From Neoechinorhynchus agilis (Eukaryota; Animalia; Acanthocephala): a DNA stretch of 64,000 nucleotides. This document shows positions 11,036-23,676 of the stretch, piece by piece; position 1 is the stretch's first letter, and each line of letters begins with the position of its first letter. The notes under the pieces were generated by a model that saw nothing but the letters and a program-made list of their open reading frames with translations, was not told the DNA's origin and did not search any database. Both the position numbers and the translations under genes were made by a program. The stretch is taken from NCBI GenBank assembly GCA_051530055.1, contig CM121341.1:13122784-13186783 (forward strand), in the 5' to 3' direction.

Positions 11036-12844
11036 ATGATTCTGCTCTCCTTTAGCCTTGTCATAAATTTAACGTTTGGACTCAAGTGCCTTCACGTTGA
11101 AGAAGAAATTCGATGTCCTCTGATCGAAGAAGCAAAATCAATCATGAATCTATCGATAAAAGTGTCTATATTCTACGCTAAATGCGATATAGCCTCCTAT
11201 GAGAGTTGTGATGAAAACTCAACCGTTTGTGCCATTTTAGCAGAACAAAGCAATTGCAGGATGGAGCTCGTGATTAAATTCGCTGGATGCTATCCTTTGA
11301 AAGGAGCCGTGAATATCCATAACAAAAGGTGCATTTTGCAATCACCAATCAACTGCTTTTGCTCTTCAGACTCTTGCACTGAGCATTATGAGCTCATTGA
11401 ACAGTCGAACACTCGTAAGGATTATTTGAAACCTTTTATTTTTATCACGTTGCTGCTCGTTGTTGGGTCTATTGGGTGCGTCAGTATTCTTCGCTGTAGA
11501 AGGCGTAGAAATTACGATGGATTAGTCGTTCACGAGTCATCCGATATCTGCCATCTACGATTTTTATCGCAGATAAAATTAGTCCCCAGTGAAGAATTTT
11601 CCGCTTGGCTCTGCATATCAACACTTCGCCCGTCATCGTTTATGATGGCTAAACTGTTCGACAAAAATCGACGCCTAGCCTGGGCTAATGAACTTGAACT
11701 GATAAGATCGATAACACCAAACAATCTAGTGGCAAGGTAACTCTTTTGTGTGGATACTCGATCGCTTACCTATCTTTGGCAGTTTAATCGCTGTTAGTAA
11801 CGGTATTTTTGATCGGCAAAACTGCTCAATCGCTTTCCTTCATTATGTGATTCTCACTGAATATTCATCAATTGGTTCGGTCTATGACTTTCTGCAGACC
11901 GACGAGATGTGTACAATCAAGACTTTGCTGTCAATGGCACTGTCTCTAATGAGCGCACTGGATTACCTACATTCGCCGAATCCCAGTGAACTCGTTCATC
12001 TAAACGTCACTTCAAAAAATCTCATCATAAAGCACCGAAATGGTCAATGCTTCATCCAGAATTTCTCGTCGGCTTTTATTGTCTCTGATCAATTCGAACT
12101 ATTAAGCAGTGGATTATCTAAGGTATTTTTGGGTAAAAGGAATCTGGTTTTAACCGTAGACAAAGAACACTTCAGATTTGAGATATATGGCACCTGAGCA
12201 CTTTTAGGACTGTGATTTGAATTCTATTTCCCAGCATCGAAGAAAAAACCTGCATCCATATATTTTTAGCCATTATATGACCACCGGATTCATTTCAAAA
12301 AACATTATTAAACAATAATTCGAACATCTGGCTTGAATGAAATTGTAAAATAGAATCCATCCATCTTTTCCTTACTCTGTCCTTCATATTTAGAAAAGAG
12401 TAAATATTATTTTCTCATATTTGCTTTTTTACAAGAATACTAATCGCGGTTGATCAGAATGCTCAAAATTTACTTCTAGCATTCTTAAATCATCTGACAT
12501 CTATTCAGCGTCGCTGGTCTTATGGGAAATTCTGGACCTTTGTCTGATTGAAAGGCGAAGAAAGGAGCTTAAGATGCCTTTTTCCGAGTTCATAACTGGC
12601 AAATTTTCATCTGAGATAATGCGAACACTTTTATTGGAAGACCAGCGGCGGCCCACAATCGGGGACGAATTCAAAGTAAGTTTCGTTGTCCACTCCCTCG
12701 TTCCATGCATCTAATTTTTTTTAGATTGCTGAAATGAACGATTTTATTGCATTGATTCAAGAGGGTTGGTCACAGGCACATACACTGCGACCTTCAGCCA
12801 AAGATGCCAAGAATCGAATTTCGCGATTGATCGAGACTTTATAA
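11036..12844 (+). CDS. TGF-beta/activin receptor-like protein (type II-like) with degenerate kinase domain; multi-exon, one in-frame TAG at 12205-12207 unresolved
   Basis: Signal peptide, Cys-rich ectodomain ending CFCSSDSC, TM helix, no GS box; kinase remnants ILTEYSSIGSVYDFL, HLNVTSKNLII, RYMAPE, SDIYSASLVLWEI; GT-AG introns at 11737-11782 and from ~12685. Confidence 0.7.
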
Positions 12845-13294
12845 TATATGCAAGTGTGATTTTTCTTGTAATGGCGAGCAGATTTTAAGCACACAATCGC
12901 CAGTTATCGACATTTGAAGCGGTATAGACATTCGTATAAGTGAACATTTGAAAACTGGAACTCGTTTTCAAATCGCCTGCTGATATTGCTTTCATATTTG
13001 AATTTAATAGTTACTTTAAGTCAATTAGTCGTATAAGAGATGTTCATTTCAAATACACTTAAAAGATGTAACCGGCAGACATAAGATAAAAATAGCCTTT
13101 ATAGTTTTTTAGGGAAATGTAGCTAGTTGTTAACTACACGAATATGATATTTTAGCAAAATGTGAGTTTTCACGAATTAATCCATTTTCTAGCTTTCGCG
13201 CGGTCCAACACCTCCGAAAAACAATGTTGAGTTTTCTCGTATATTACACTAGTAGTGAGTATTAAACATCCGAGGGAAAAAATTTTGTCGCAAA

Positions 13295-13789
13295 ATGAGC
13301 TCAAATGACATTGTGAAGAAGACGAGTCTTAGCCTAGCCGTGATAAGATATGTCCTTTCCTCCATTTGGATTGCAATTTGTTTGCAAAGATTTCGGATCG
13401 AATGGAAATCAACTCAAGATAATCAATCAGTATTGTCCCATTTCGTCTTTCCATTCATTATTTTCTATTTATCTTCTTTGGTCTCCTTTATTCCACATTA
13501 CTTAATGAGCCGTAAACTCTTGATTGCTCAAGGTATTCTCGCGACGTCAATTGCGATTCAAATGGCAACGATGCTCTATGTTTATGTATATGGATTTTTG
13601 ATATTGAATAAAGCCAGCGATCATGATTGGATCGTAATTCCAATGATGCCTCTGTTTGGTATCCAACTCATCGAATTAAGTGCGATTGTGTGGCTTGAGA
13701 GAAAAAGGAATCCACAAAAAGAAGAAAGAGGTGCTCAAATGGATACTGTTTCAATTGTTTCTCCATTGGAAGATTTGATTAATGATTAA
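13295..13789 (+). CDS. Hypothetical four-TM membrane protein (164 aa)
   Basis: ATG-initiated ORF with about four hydrophobic segments and a polar C-tail. Confidence 0.6.
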   Translation: MSSNDIVKKTSLSLAVIRYVLSSIWIAICLQRFRIEWKSTQDNQSVLSHFVFPFIIFYLSSLVSFIPHYLMSRKLLIAQGILATSIAIQMATMLYVYVYGFLILNKASDHDWIVIPMMPLFGIQLIELSAIVWLERKRNPQKEERGAQMDTVSIVSPLEDLIND

Positions 13790-14058
13790 ATCGGGATGAA
13801 CGATTGTCGACAGAAAAAAAGAGTTCTTGTTATCAATTAGAAATATTGTGCAACTATTTTTCACGTCGATATCATTTAAATTCACGTATTAATATTCGAG
13901 ATCGTAAATGGTAACAATAATCAGCTGAAAACATTCAAAATTATTATCTATCAGATCATCAGGCAAAGAGTACTTATATATTCATGAAAGCGAATATAAC
14001 AATCAAAACTTTAGGGTCGCTTATTCCGCGCGACACTATTCTGAGTAATTTTAAAAGA

Positions 14059-14793
14059 TTAATTTTCGTACTTACATCTTTTTAATAATTTCTTCCAATG
14101 GTGACTGTTTACGTGGATATTTTTGAAGAGGACCTCGTTGAATTCTCCTAAGTACCGCTCCATTTCGACCATGCCTTCAAATACACAATTTCGAATTCTC
14201 TGTGATTTTGATCGAAATCGGTAAGATCGAATTTTTTGTTTGTGGCGGAAAGTCAGATATCTTTGATAAATGCGGACAAAATTGTGCCTCCGAAATATCA
14301 TTCTTCAAACATAAGATCGAATTGCATTACCAAGAAGGTATTGCTGGACGGATCGAACAAATTTGTTAATATCAACTTAATGTTCATTTGTAAAGAAATA
14401 TTCACGATTGAGCAATTGAGAATTGATGAATTGTTCTCTTGTGAGTTCCTAGAAATGCCTGAAGAACACTTCTCACGCGATACAAGCGCATAGACTTGAA
14501 CGTCAGAACTATTCAGCGTTGTAGTTACTTCTCACAACAGGTGTCTCGAGGCTTTTCTAAATGGGCGCAACTTTGGGTTTCATGAGTCATTGAACAAAGC
14601 GGGATTGTTGAGCCACAAGTTCCTTGTAACCTAAACGGAACGCAATCGCGAACAAAACTAATCTCTCACTTATCATTAGAATGTTAGTTTTTTTAGGGAA
14701 ACTTTTTAAATGGGAGACAACTCGCTTAATGGATGCAACCGAGTTCTGTCGCCTTGCTTCATGCAGAGAAAATGACAGGTAGCAACGAAACAT
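14059..14793 (-). CDS. Possible multi-exon hypothetical gene, interrupted by a TSD-flanked insertion; exon structure not resolved
   Basis: Protein-like frames (LYRVRSVLQAFL; DINKFVRSVQQYLLGNAIRSY..RFRSKSQRIRNCVFEG) separated by stops or intron-sized gaps. Confidence 0.35.
14222..14323. mobile_element. 78-bp family-A insertion (14234-14311) flanked by a 12-bp direct repeat taagatcgaatt
   Basis: Identical 12-mers at 14222-14233 and 14312-14323; the insert shares ttgtt.gtggcgg and ttgataaa...ttgtgcctccgaaatat with the 1776-1888 element. Confidence 0.8.
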
Positions 14794-16118
14794 ACAACCA
14801 AACCTTAGACTTTCTTAGAACGTGAAATGAACTGTGAAAATCGAAGAGTATAGATTTTATTGATTTCTTGAATTTACTATTACTACCCAATTCTAGTTAG
14901 TTTTTGTTCAGGCGTAAACCAACTGGGCATACTTCAAGCAATTTTGAAGATCTTTGCCATTTAAAATACTCCAATATTTCTGTACTTAAAAATTTGAAGA
15001 AGGGGTCCCGATAAAAAATTCGAAATTTTCATTCTCTAGTCTTCACAAGAAAGTGCGATTAATAAAAAAATTGATCAAATGGAATCTTCTTGCACAGTAT
15101 CCATTATGATCTACACTTCATTTTGACTAGAACAAATGTTTTGAAAACGAACTAATTTTTATTACCAAAATTTTTGCCATGGAAATAAATGATGTGAATT
15201 GAGCAACCTAAGGAAAAGCTTTTAGCAAAAACATCCATAGAGCGTTTCACGTAGAATTTTATATTTTGTTTAGCAAACTGTTTTCAGAACCACCATCGAA
15301 CCCGATTGAGAAACACGAGCACTTTATTCAAAGCACTCACGTTAGAAATAATCTTTCTTGTATTCTGAGCCAAGAATATACACTGATAACTAATTTGTGT
15401 ATTTTTTAAAATTATGATGTAGTTATTTTTGTCCGAAAAGTTCCCTTGCATATGAAATAATTTCCGATAAGTAGACAAAGCTTTGAAAATCGAAGCTTCA
15501 ATATGAAAACGTCAAGATTCGAAAAAGTGATATTCCGCGTGAATTCCCGAATCTTAACGTTTGGCACAACAGTGCGCGGTGTAACATAAAGTTTCAGAAA
15601 ATAAATTATATAAAATTGCGAATTTTACTAAAACAAATTTTTTAGTTTGAAACCAAAATATGATAGATGCAAACTCAAAATGATTTCAAACATTTTCCGC
15701 AGTCCAGCATCGAATATTTTTGCTATGTGAGCTAATCATTAACCGATTCGTCTTATGTGGTTCTCAAAAGGCACTTTCCTTTAGGTTTTATGAACGTGAA
15801 TCGATATTTACTAAAACTTAACTATGATAAGTCAGTAAATGAGTGAAAGTAACGTTGTGCCAGTATATCGCTACTTGGCATAGAACGCGATCGAATATTT
15901 CGATCTATTTGTTCTTAGTCCATTTTTAATGAAAAATTTAACATCACTCTTAGCCGATGCTTTTGATTGTGAATTCATTAGGAAACAAGTTATTTTGGAG
16001 TGTATAAAGCATCGACGTGTAGGATAAACGTACACAGTGAACACTAGGCGCTCTTATCTAACAGTGCTTTTTATGTGGATAATTTTAGACACCTTATTTT
16101 GATTATCTCCAGGGAAAG

Positions 16119-18715
16119 ATGCAAGAAGCATTTCAATTCATTTTGGGAATGGGCAACCGGATGTTCGAAAATCACAACCACCATCATCCTCGTCGGAATC
16201 GTTTCCCTGCACATCAATTTAATTCGTATGCTTTTACAAACATGATGATGGCGAATAATCAAAACTTCAATGGAATTTTAATTCCGCCTCAAATCGAAGA
16301 GATAGTGGATGAGTCCGAAAGCTCAGGTATCTCTACCGCCGAACTCAGCTATAACTCGCCGCCAAACTCCATTAATGGAGGATCACCTGTTAAGCTCAAA
16401 TCGGCCAAAAGTAAGCTCGACTTTCATGGAGTCAGGATGACCGTAGATCTCTTTGCCGCCGCGAGAAACTTAATCCATTATGTCCAGTACGTGTGGCCGG
16501 ACATTCTTCAAAGTCTAGTTGAAGACCACAAGTTAGTTGAGCTCGCAACGCGAGCCTACATTAAATACTTAACTGACGCTTTGATTGAGACATCAAACCC
16601 GGATTCGTTTGAAGAAACAGGAAGCGAAACCCCACTAAATATAAGAGGAGAGCCACATGAAGTGGTCCGATTGATCTGGGTGTGTCATATGATCGATTCG
16701 TGTGCTTACTATCAAGATTGCATCCGGATGTTCGGACGTCTTATTGGTCATAAATTACCCGATAATTATGCTTCGAATTCTAGAACGAATAGTGCGTTCA
16801 TAGGACCCAAGGAAGACCAGTATCCTCGTGAAGTTCCTGAGCTTTCTCTAAATATTTTTCACGCCGTTAGATGGCTTCACGAATTGTCTTATTCGCTGAA
16901 ACTACCGCATTACCGAGATGAAAAATTCTTAGCTACTGCAGTGCAACGATATAGACAATTTCTCTTTCTTTTAAAAGCATTTCCGGTAGCGTTCATCACT
17001 TTACCTCGTCCAACGGATATTATGCTCGTGTGGATGTCCCACGTGCTTCATCCAAGATCCTTCAGGCAGGACATGCAGATTTTACTCGGAAAATCATCGT
17101 TGGTGATGCTTGAACGAGTGAATCTGCTCGGACCACATCAAAATATGACAGAAGATCCAATTGCGGTATGGAGGGAATTTTTCAATCAATCGTGTGTTAT
17201 CCCAGGCACTCTTCATAGACCTAATGTTCCAGTACGCGAATTATTCTTCAGCGATTTATTCGCTCTTGTGAACCGGTGCCATGTAAGAATCAGAATCGAC
17301 ATTCAATTCGAAACTGCGGTAAACGAAGGTGTCTACATTGTGCCAATCAATTCTTTATCCGGTTATGGAGATCTTAGTGGCAGACGGAAGGCTGTCACCC
17401 GCACTGCAGGTATTTTTTAACATTCTCGAAGCAAATAAAATTTGGAGGAAATAAAAGTATTTTAAATTCTGTGCAAATTCTAGGTTTTTTAAATAACATG
17501 CAGAATTTTGTGTTTTTTTTGTTCACCACAGGTTTTATTTGCAGTTTAGTTTTAATTTGGTGAACGTTTATGAAATTTGTTTTAAAGAAAATAACCCTCA
17601 ATAAACTTTCGCAAGGCATAACAAAATATTTTTCGCGTTAATGTTTCGGTTTAAATTAACTTTTCGAAGAATGAAAAAAATTCTGCATTGGAGAAATCGA
17701 TCTCAAGAATCCTGAGCGACACTACAAACTCGTGGTTCGAGCTGGCAGTTGGCCAAAATCTAAATGGGTAACTTTGGGTACATTTGATCTGCTACAGTAT
17801 TTGAACTCGGTGGAACGATATAATCTACCGTTCGCAACTCGGTACGGTATGGTTAACAATCTTGGTAAATTCCTTGTCTATCAATTAGAGACGGAACTTG
17901 GATTTAGAGCCGTAGAGAACTTTTTGGGTCTAAAACCCCTTCCGCCAATTGTGGCGGCGTTTGCCGCGGTGCCTCCAGGTACAGTTACAGCGATCTATGT
18001 GTACCAAATAGAAGACAGTGCAATATCGATTCATGCATTGCCTCAGTTCAATACGTTTCTATTGTTCGATGGCGATAGACCGATTTCGGTTTGCAAACAA
18101 GTGCCACGATTGCTTCTACCACACGCCAACCAACTAAGTCGGCCAGCTCGATCGGCCTGCTTCTATGAAAACATCGAAGATTCTTACACGAGTGTCTATG
18201 GTTCAACTCAATCAGAGTTGTTTGCGGCTCAGTCTGTGCCTCCATTTGAACCGGAGGCATGTATTATTCTCTATGATATGAACGGAGATCAAGCTTACAT
18301 CGTCTTCGACAAAAGACAAAGCTCATACAGTGTAAAAGTATTCGCCGGAAGCAGTGTGTTTCCCAATGTAGAAACCTTCCCAAAAATCACTTCAAGCTTC
18401 AAGGGCGATTTTTATTTCAATGTCAATCTGTCAGAAATTGCAAAACACGGTCCTTCGATGTTCTCATGCGTCTTACTGGCTTCCTTTGCAATCCATTTAA
18501 TAGCTAAAGCATATAAGCACATTAGCGTTGGAATTAATGGTCTAAGCAGAAGTTCGAGCTACATGAGTCAAGATTCACAACAACCGAAGAAGACCCACAG
18601 GGACGTGTCGCCGATTACCAGGGAGGATGTGAAAGCGACCAATCGCCGATCAACAAATTCGAGAAATTTACCTCGTACAGAGTTTGAAGAAGGAACTTTC
18701 GTTTACGACTTTTAA
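16119..18715 (+). CDS. GRDP-like (DUF1399, glycine-rich-domain-containing family) protein; exons 16119-17409 and ~17694-18715
   Basis: Two repeats of the family signature (LIWVCHMI...YYQDC...FG; AVQRYRQFLFL...PTDIMLVWMSHVLHP); GT-AG intron 17410-17693 keeps the frame. Confidence 0.75.
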
Positions 18716-18916
18716 GAAGCACGAACTCAGGTTGTAAAAACAACGAGTAATTCTATTGTCTAGAGAAAATATTAAAACGCACCCTAACCAAATTTATATC
18801 TATATTTTTGCGGTATGCAGTGGAATGGTCAAACTTATTTACCACTCACTCCACAGTTAACCAAAATTGTCCATATATTTTAATCAACGTTTATGCGGAA
18901 TACCTTAAAACAACAT

Positions 18917-19967
18917 TCATTTGAAATCATCTTTAATTTTAGGGCGGAACAAAACAATATTCATGCTCTGATCATCTTTTGTCGTTTTTATACTCTCTAT
19001 GTGAACTTCAGTACTATTCGAACGTTTCATCCCATCTATGAACGCCTCATCATTAACGTTCCAATCATCGAAATTGCAGAATTCATCTGAGTAATAGAGA
19101 CTGTTTTTTCGTCGGATTCGACGATGTCGCACTCCGCTAAAGGGAATCTCCTCACTTGCGAGTGAATCATTTGACTTTAGCGAAGAACTTCCCAGCTCCA
19201 GCCGACGTTTTACCTGTTCAATCTTCGATCGTTTGGGTGATGGACTTGGTTGCTTTTGAATAATGGCTGATGATTCCACATTTGGACGTTGATGGGCAAC
19301 TCTTTTACCAGTTTTGACTGCTAAACATTGCATTTCTTTAGCCAGAATGTGGTTAACAAAAAGGAATAAGCACTCCACATTCTAGCTATATTGCAAATGG
19401 ATTTTCTTGGCGGCATTTAATGACTCCGTCTATGCACTCATTCTCCTTTTTTTCTTGACGTTCTAGGGTATAATTTCCTATTTTAGGCATCAGCGAATCC
19501 CGATTACTGATCACTGAATCTGGTTTCATTTCAAAAGATTCATCGTCTTCATACGAAGCATCATCTTCTGAAATGTTATATTTCTCCCTACAATGAACCA
19601 TTGCAGCTTCTTCGACGATGGGAGCTATATCCGTCTCATAGCGAGTCATCGCAGACTGAACCATCTCGTAAATTCTGCCCATTATATTCTCATTTCTACA
19701 AAATAGACTAATAGCAATGAACAACCAATAGGCACTTTACCTGCGTAACAACAACCGAAATCCTTCCAATAATACACTTTCGTCAGTATCCTCAGTAACA
19801 TCCTGGTTCAACATTAATCGATCGCATAAGCTAAGCACTTCATCAGCAAGTTCATTGTATAAAGAATCTCGCTTTAATGACGAGCATATTCGGTTGACCA
19901 CCAAGTCTAAAGTTCCATTTGAACAAAGATTACATACAACTTCATGAACGTCTTCTTCAATGTTCAT
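18917..19967 (-). CDS. Hypothetical protein, at least three exons (19967-19740, ~19694-19390, ~19337-18917)
   Basis: Consecutive same-strand ORFs joined by a GT-AG intron near 19739-19695 and a candidate hairpin intron. Confidence 0.6.
19338..19389 (-). other. Candidate non-canonical hairpin intron (~46-52 nt)
   Basis: Sense-strand stem tagctagaatgtgg/ccacattctggcta (14 bp, one G-U) sits exactly at the frame switch and contains the stop codon; a weak GT-AG alternative (19424-19382) exists. Confidence 0.55.
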
Positions 19968-21229
19968 CTACGAAAACAAAAACTTAGAAAAGCGTCAATT
20001 CGGTCTGACCTAAATGAATTTCAGTTCCAAATTTTTTTCTATAAACAATTAAAAATCTTGTTTGGAGATATTAAATTATTCTGATGTTTGTTTACGATGG
20101 GAACATTGAATGAATTTTATTGAAGCGGTTAGTTCGGAGGCGCACAATCGTCGACTTAATAAAATTCCTTCAATTTTCCGCAATAAACAAACAATCGAAT
20201 CTTTTCGTGTAGGATTTCGGATCCCAATGTAGACTAAAGAATGAACAAAATATCAATCGACTCGTAAATGTAGATTGATCCATTTTAACTCTGAGTTGCA
20301 GACTTATTCCACCCCTTAAAGTTATTTATCATTGCTAACAAGAGAACTTCAATTCACAAAAAGGGAGTTATGAAACGTAAACAAATAAATGTTTATTGGC
20401 AAAAATATCTTTCATATAGCCATCTTTAATAACAATAAAAAAAATTTAACTCCCTTTTTCCAATAGACGGCCGAATGGACACACAAAAAATATCCATCAA
20501 AAGACTACCGGCTGAGCCACATATAAAAATTCTAAAAAAAGATGGCTATATGTTTACCTCTGATAAAACAAAAATAATGAACGTTCCGTATGCTATATTC
20601 TTCCGGTTTCGTTACGTAATGATTGCATCACACATACTCACACGTTCAAGTCGCAATTGAGCGTTCATTGCGATATGTGGCTCTATTTAATGACATAAAG
20701 AACAATTATGATTTCCCAATTGGAGTTGTAGTTATCATAATCCGTCGGTCCTCGATATCCGAGAGAGGGATCGTATTAAAATCGAAAGTATATGTGTCCA
20801 ATAATTGAAACAGTCATTTTTAATTAAAATCATAAAAAATATGAACCCAACGTCATCACGAAATGATTGTTTGTTTGACTAGGGAATCTGAGATCGTCAA
20901 CACAGTATGCTGCTTCCCTGGGTGCATTTAAGCCAAACGTTTGCTTTGTTGCATCGCATTGGCCATTACTTTAATATGTCGATGAAATTTTCTCAATGTT
21001 TCACTGAGCTCATCATTGGTCCTTTTAAACCGCGTTATCAAATTAGACTTTATTTCCATGATTCATTTAAAATAAAACCATGACGAAATAAGGCGAGATA
21101 ATCTGCTGATTCATTGGATGAGCAACAACAGCAAATGCACCATTCGATTTGCGCAATTTAAAAGTTCCTTGCCGTCATACGATGCTTTTTTTAAAAAGTT
21201 ATTCGTTTTATTTTGAAGATATAAACATA

Positions 21230-21925
21230 ATTGTTCGCCGTCCTCGTCCTCAATTGTCGCCCAAATGCTTGCAGTGTTGCCTCTCAATACGGCGATGCTG
21301 ATATTTTGAACCAGGTATTGGACCTTGCATCGCCGGTTGTAACCTGAAGGCATCGCTTCAGATCGTTCAGAAGTTGAAGATCTTCGCTACCAAGAGATCC
21401 GTAGGTCTCAACCCCAAAAGGTGCAAACATATGGGCCCGGGCTAAATTGAGGTATTTCGCCGTTTTCCGTCCTTCCGCAGCGCTCGCTGCAGATCCAGCT
21501 TGAACCACCGAGAACTTGAGATTACTAGCTGCGAGTGTATCGACACAATTGGCTTCCCAGAGAAGACATTTACCCTCCCGCCACGCAAATGCGGTCACCC
21601 CATCAGATCTACGCCCGTCGTCCCTACAGAGGTTGGCAGGTTCCAAAATATTGGGGCATGTACCGTAACAAATGACCGGCTCAGCACCATGTTAATTTCG
21701 GCATGTCGTGCGAATCTGCCGGCTGATTTTCTACAGATGATACCATGACGTCCCGACGAATCCACATTTGCACAGCAGCGGCAACGGTGGGGATGACACA
21801 TCGATAGTTCTAGTCTCATTGAGACTCCGACCCGTACTGCATCGTCGGAGAGGAGAGTATCCACAGATGCCAGTGAGACCGCGTTCAACCAAGCATTTGA
21901 TTCTCTAGTGGAGACTGCCAACAAC
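21230..21925 (-). mobile_element. 3' fragment of a CRE-like non-LTR retrotransposon (restriction-like endonuclease region), frameshifted
   Basis: CHPHRCRC...HGIICRKSAGRFARHAEIN, RDDGRRSDGVTAFAWREGKCLLWEANCVDTLA, FGVETYG, RGNTASI. Confidence 0.8.
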
Positions 21926-21926
21926 C

Positions 21927-22165
21927 CGCTCACCCTAAGTCGAAAAACTGGCTTAGTTTAACATTCCGTAGTTGTGTCAAGGTGGCTAAGGTGTTTCGAA
22001 TCCGTTACCGCCAATGACGCACAACCAAAGGGAACGAAATACCGCCGAAGGGAGAAAACTCACCGATGAGTCCCTCTTCCTGGAGATATCTGATAATCCG
22101 GAGGATCACTTCTTGGATGCAATGGGTTTGGCTTTATGTCTCAAAAAAATTTGCCGGACAAGAAG
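21927..22165 (+). mobile_element. tRNA-derived SINE-like element, copy 2 (internally deleted)
   Basis: Aligns by eye to 897-1230; retains TTCGAATCC and GGGAAC-GAAA...CCGATGA-GTCCC. Confidence 0.65.
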
Positions 22166-22176
22166 CGACAAACTAA

Positions 22177-22748
22177 GATCCCTCCCAGATGTAGAGAACC
22201 TACAAAAATAATAACATTTAATATGTTTTATCTGGAATTTTGATAACCACAAATACAACTCTAATTAGATGTTCATTGTAAATTTTCTCGAGCTTACATA
22301 TAGAAAACCTACAACCTTGAAAGAGGCACAAAAGAGTACCGAAATATCGAATTAAATAAATTATTAATTGTATAACTCATCAAGAATTCTATTGTCTTTG
22401 AGTTTTCTAATATGTAAACATTCACAAAACAATAGAATTGATAATGAGCGATATACAATCAGTCGACTTTAACGATCCCTCTCGGATGTAGAGAACCTAC
22501 CAAAATAATGAATTTTAATGTTTTATCCGGAATTTTGATAACCACAAATACAACTCTAAATAGATGTTCATGAAACTTTTCTCGAGCTTAAATATAGAAT
22601 ACTTACAACCCTGAAAGAGGCACAAACGAGTGCCGAAATATCGAATTAAATAAATTATTAATTGTATCACTCATCGTCAATTCTGAGCGATATACAATCA
22701 GTCGACTTTAACGATCCCTCTCGGATGTAGAGAACCTACCAAAGTAAT
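22177..22748. repeat. Diverged tandem repeat (about 297 bp, 2 units plus a partial) containing hammerhead-like relics
   Basis: gatccctc..gatgtagagaacctac at 22177, 22474 and 22713; ACAACC-CTGAAAGA-GGCAC...GTGCC-GAAATATC at ~22605-22642. Confidence 0.8.
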
Positions 22749-23321
22749 AAGATATCTAACCACCCGAATGCAATTTCTTTGTTACGACTAGAGTACGTGA
22801 AGATTGTTATCGGAACAGAGAATGAAAACAACCAATTTCATACGGATTGTTCTTTGAAGATCAAGTACAACATTAGACGCATTTTTCCAATATGTTCGAT
22901 TTCGTTTTTAAACAAACTCGCCAGTATTCGAGATCGTTTTCGTTAAAATTCTCGGAGTATCTTCTAATTCCAAGTATTTTATCCTTCTTTATCTTAACAA
23001 AAGAGAATGTTTTTGTCTCTAAATCGTCAAATACTTTGATAGGATTACAGACAATTGTTTGTGGTCTTATTAAAGGATCGCCTTTTCGCACTGAACTTCT
23101 TAAAAATCATCGAATGTGAGGATGGTGGCGAGTACAAAGAAATGGCAATCGCCCTATAAATTCAGTGCATCAAAAAGTAAAACAGTAAAAATTAAGAATG
23201 TATTTTATACTCAAAGAAGCGGGAATAAAGCTCGATTTCATCACTGGACTACGTCGAAATGATTAGAGAAAAACCACGAAGCACTCTCTAAATTTAATTA
23301 TCGTGTTAAAATGCCTAATTA

Positions 23322-23588
23322 TCAGCTCTCGTCTTCCTTTTCGTCATGCGACTCTCGCTTTTTAAATTGAAATCCGATCAAAAGTCCCATCGCTGATCCA
23401 GTCACTAAGGCGGCACAAAGGCGAACTCGCATTTGATCGAGTTTTGCTCGGTAAGCACTCGAATCCACTGCTGTTGGTACACTGTCCAATGTTTTATATA
23501 TTCGGGTAAATACCAAAAGACGCCGTTGCGTTGGACTAAAGGACTTGCTGATAGTCGGAGTGCAAAACAGTCGTAATGAAGTTCGCAT
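23322..23588 (-). CDS. FAM162/DUF1075-like small single-TM protein (88 aa)
   Basis: RRLLVFTRIYKTLDSVP...AKLDQMRVRLCAAL followed by a C-terminal TM, as in FAM162; basic N-terminus compatible with a mitochondrial presequence. Confidence 0.6.
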   Translation of the reverse strand: MRTSLRLFCTPTISKSFSPTQRRLLVFTRIYKTLDSVPTAVDSSAYRAKLDQMRVRLCAALVTGSAMGLLIGFQFKKRESHDEKEDES

Positions 23589-23676
23589 CGCTTCTGGTGT
23601 TTATAATGAAGAACTCGTCGAAATCCCCGTGTAACGTTGGCTTTCTATTATTATAGTACGACAAAGTATTTACGAT

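Noticed and set aside
12138-12180. aatctg/cagatt stem before RYMAPE as another hairpin intron
   Set aside because: Two 43-nt GT-AG introns (12123-12165 and 12133-12175) with good donors restore the frame; the stem is only 7 bp.
12213-12492. tgattt..gaat/attc..aaatca stem as the ends of the kinase intron
   Set aside because: Removal would delete most of the segment between APE and DIY and would not remove the TAG.
17405-17693. tgcag/ctgca pairing around the GRDP-like intron
   Set aside because: A GT-AG intron with a GTATTT donor (17410-17693) works; the stem is short and interrupted.
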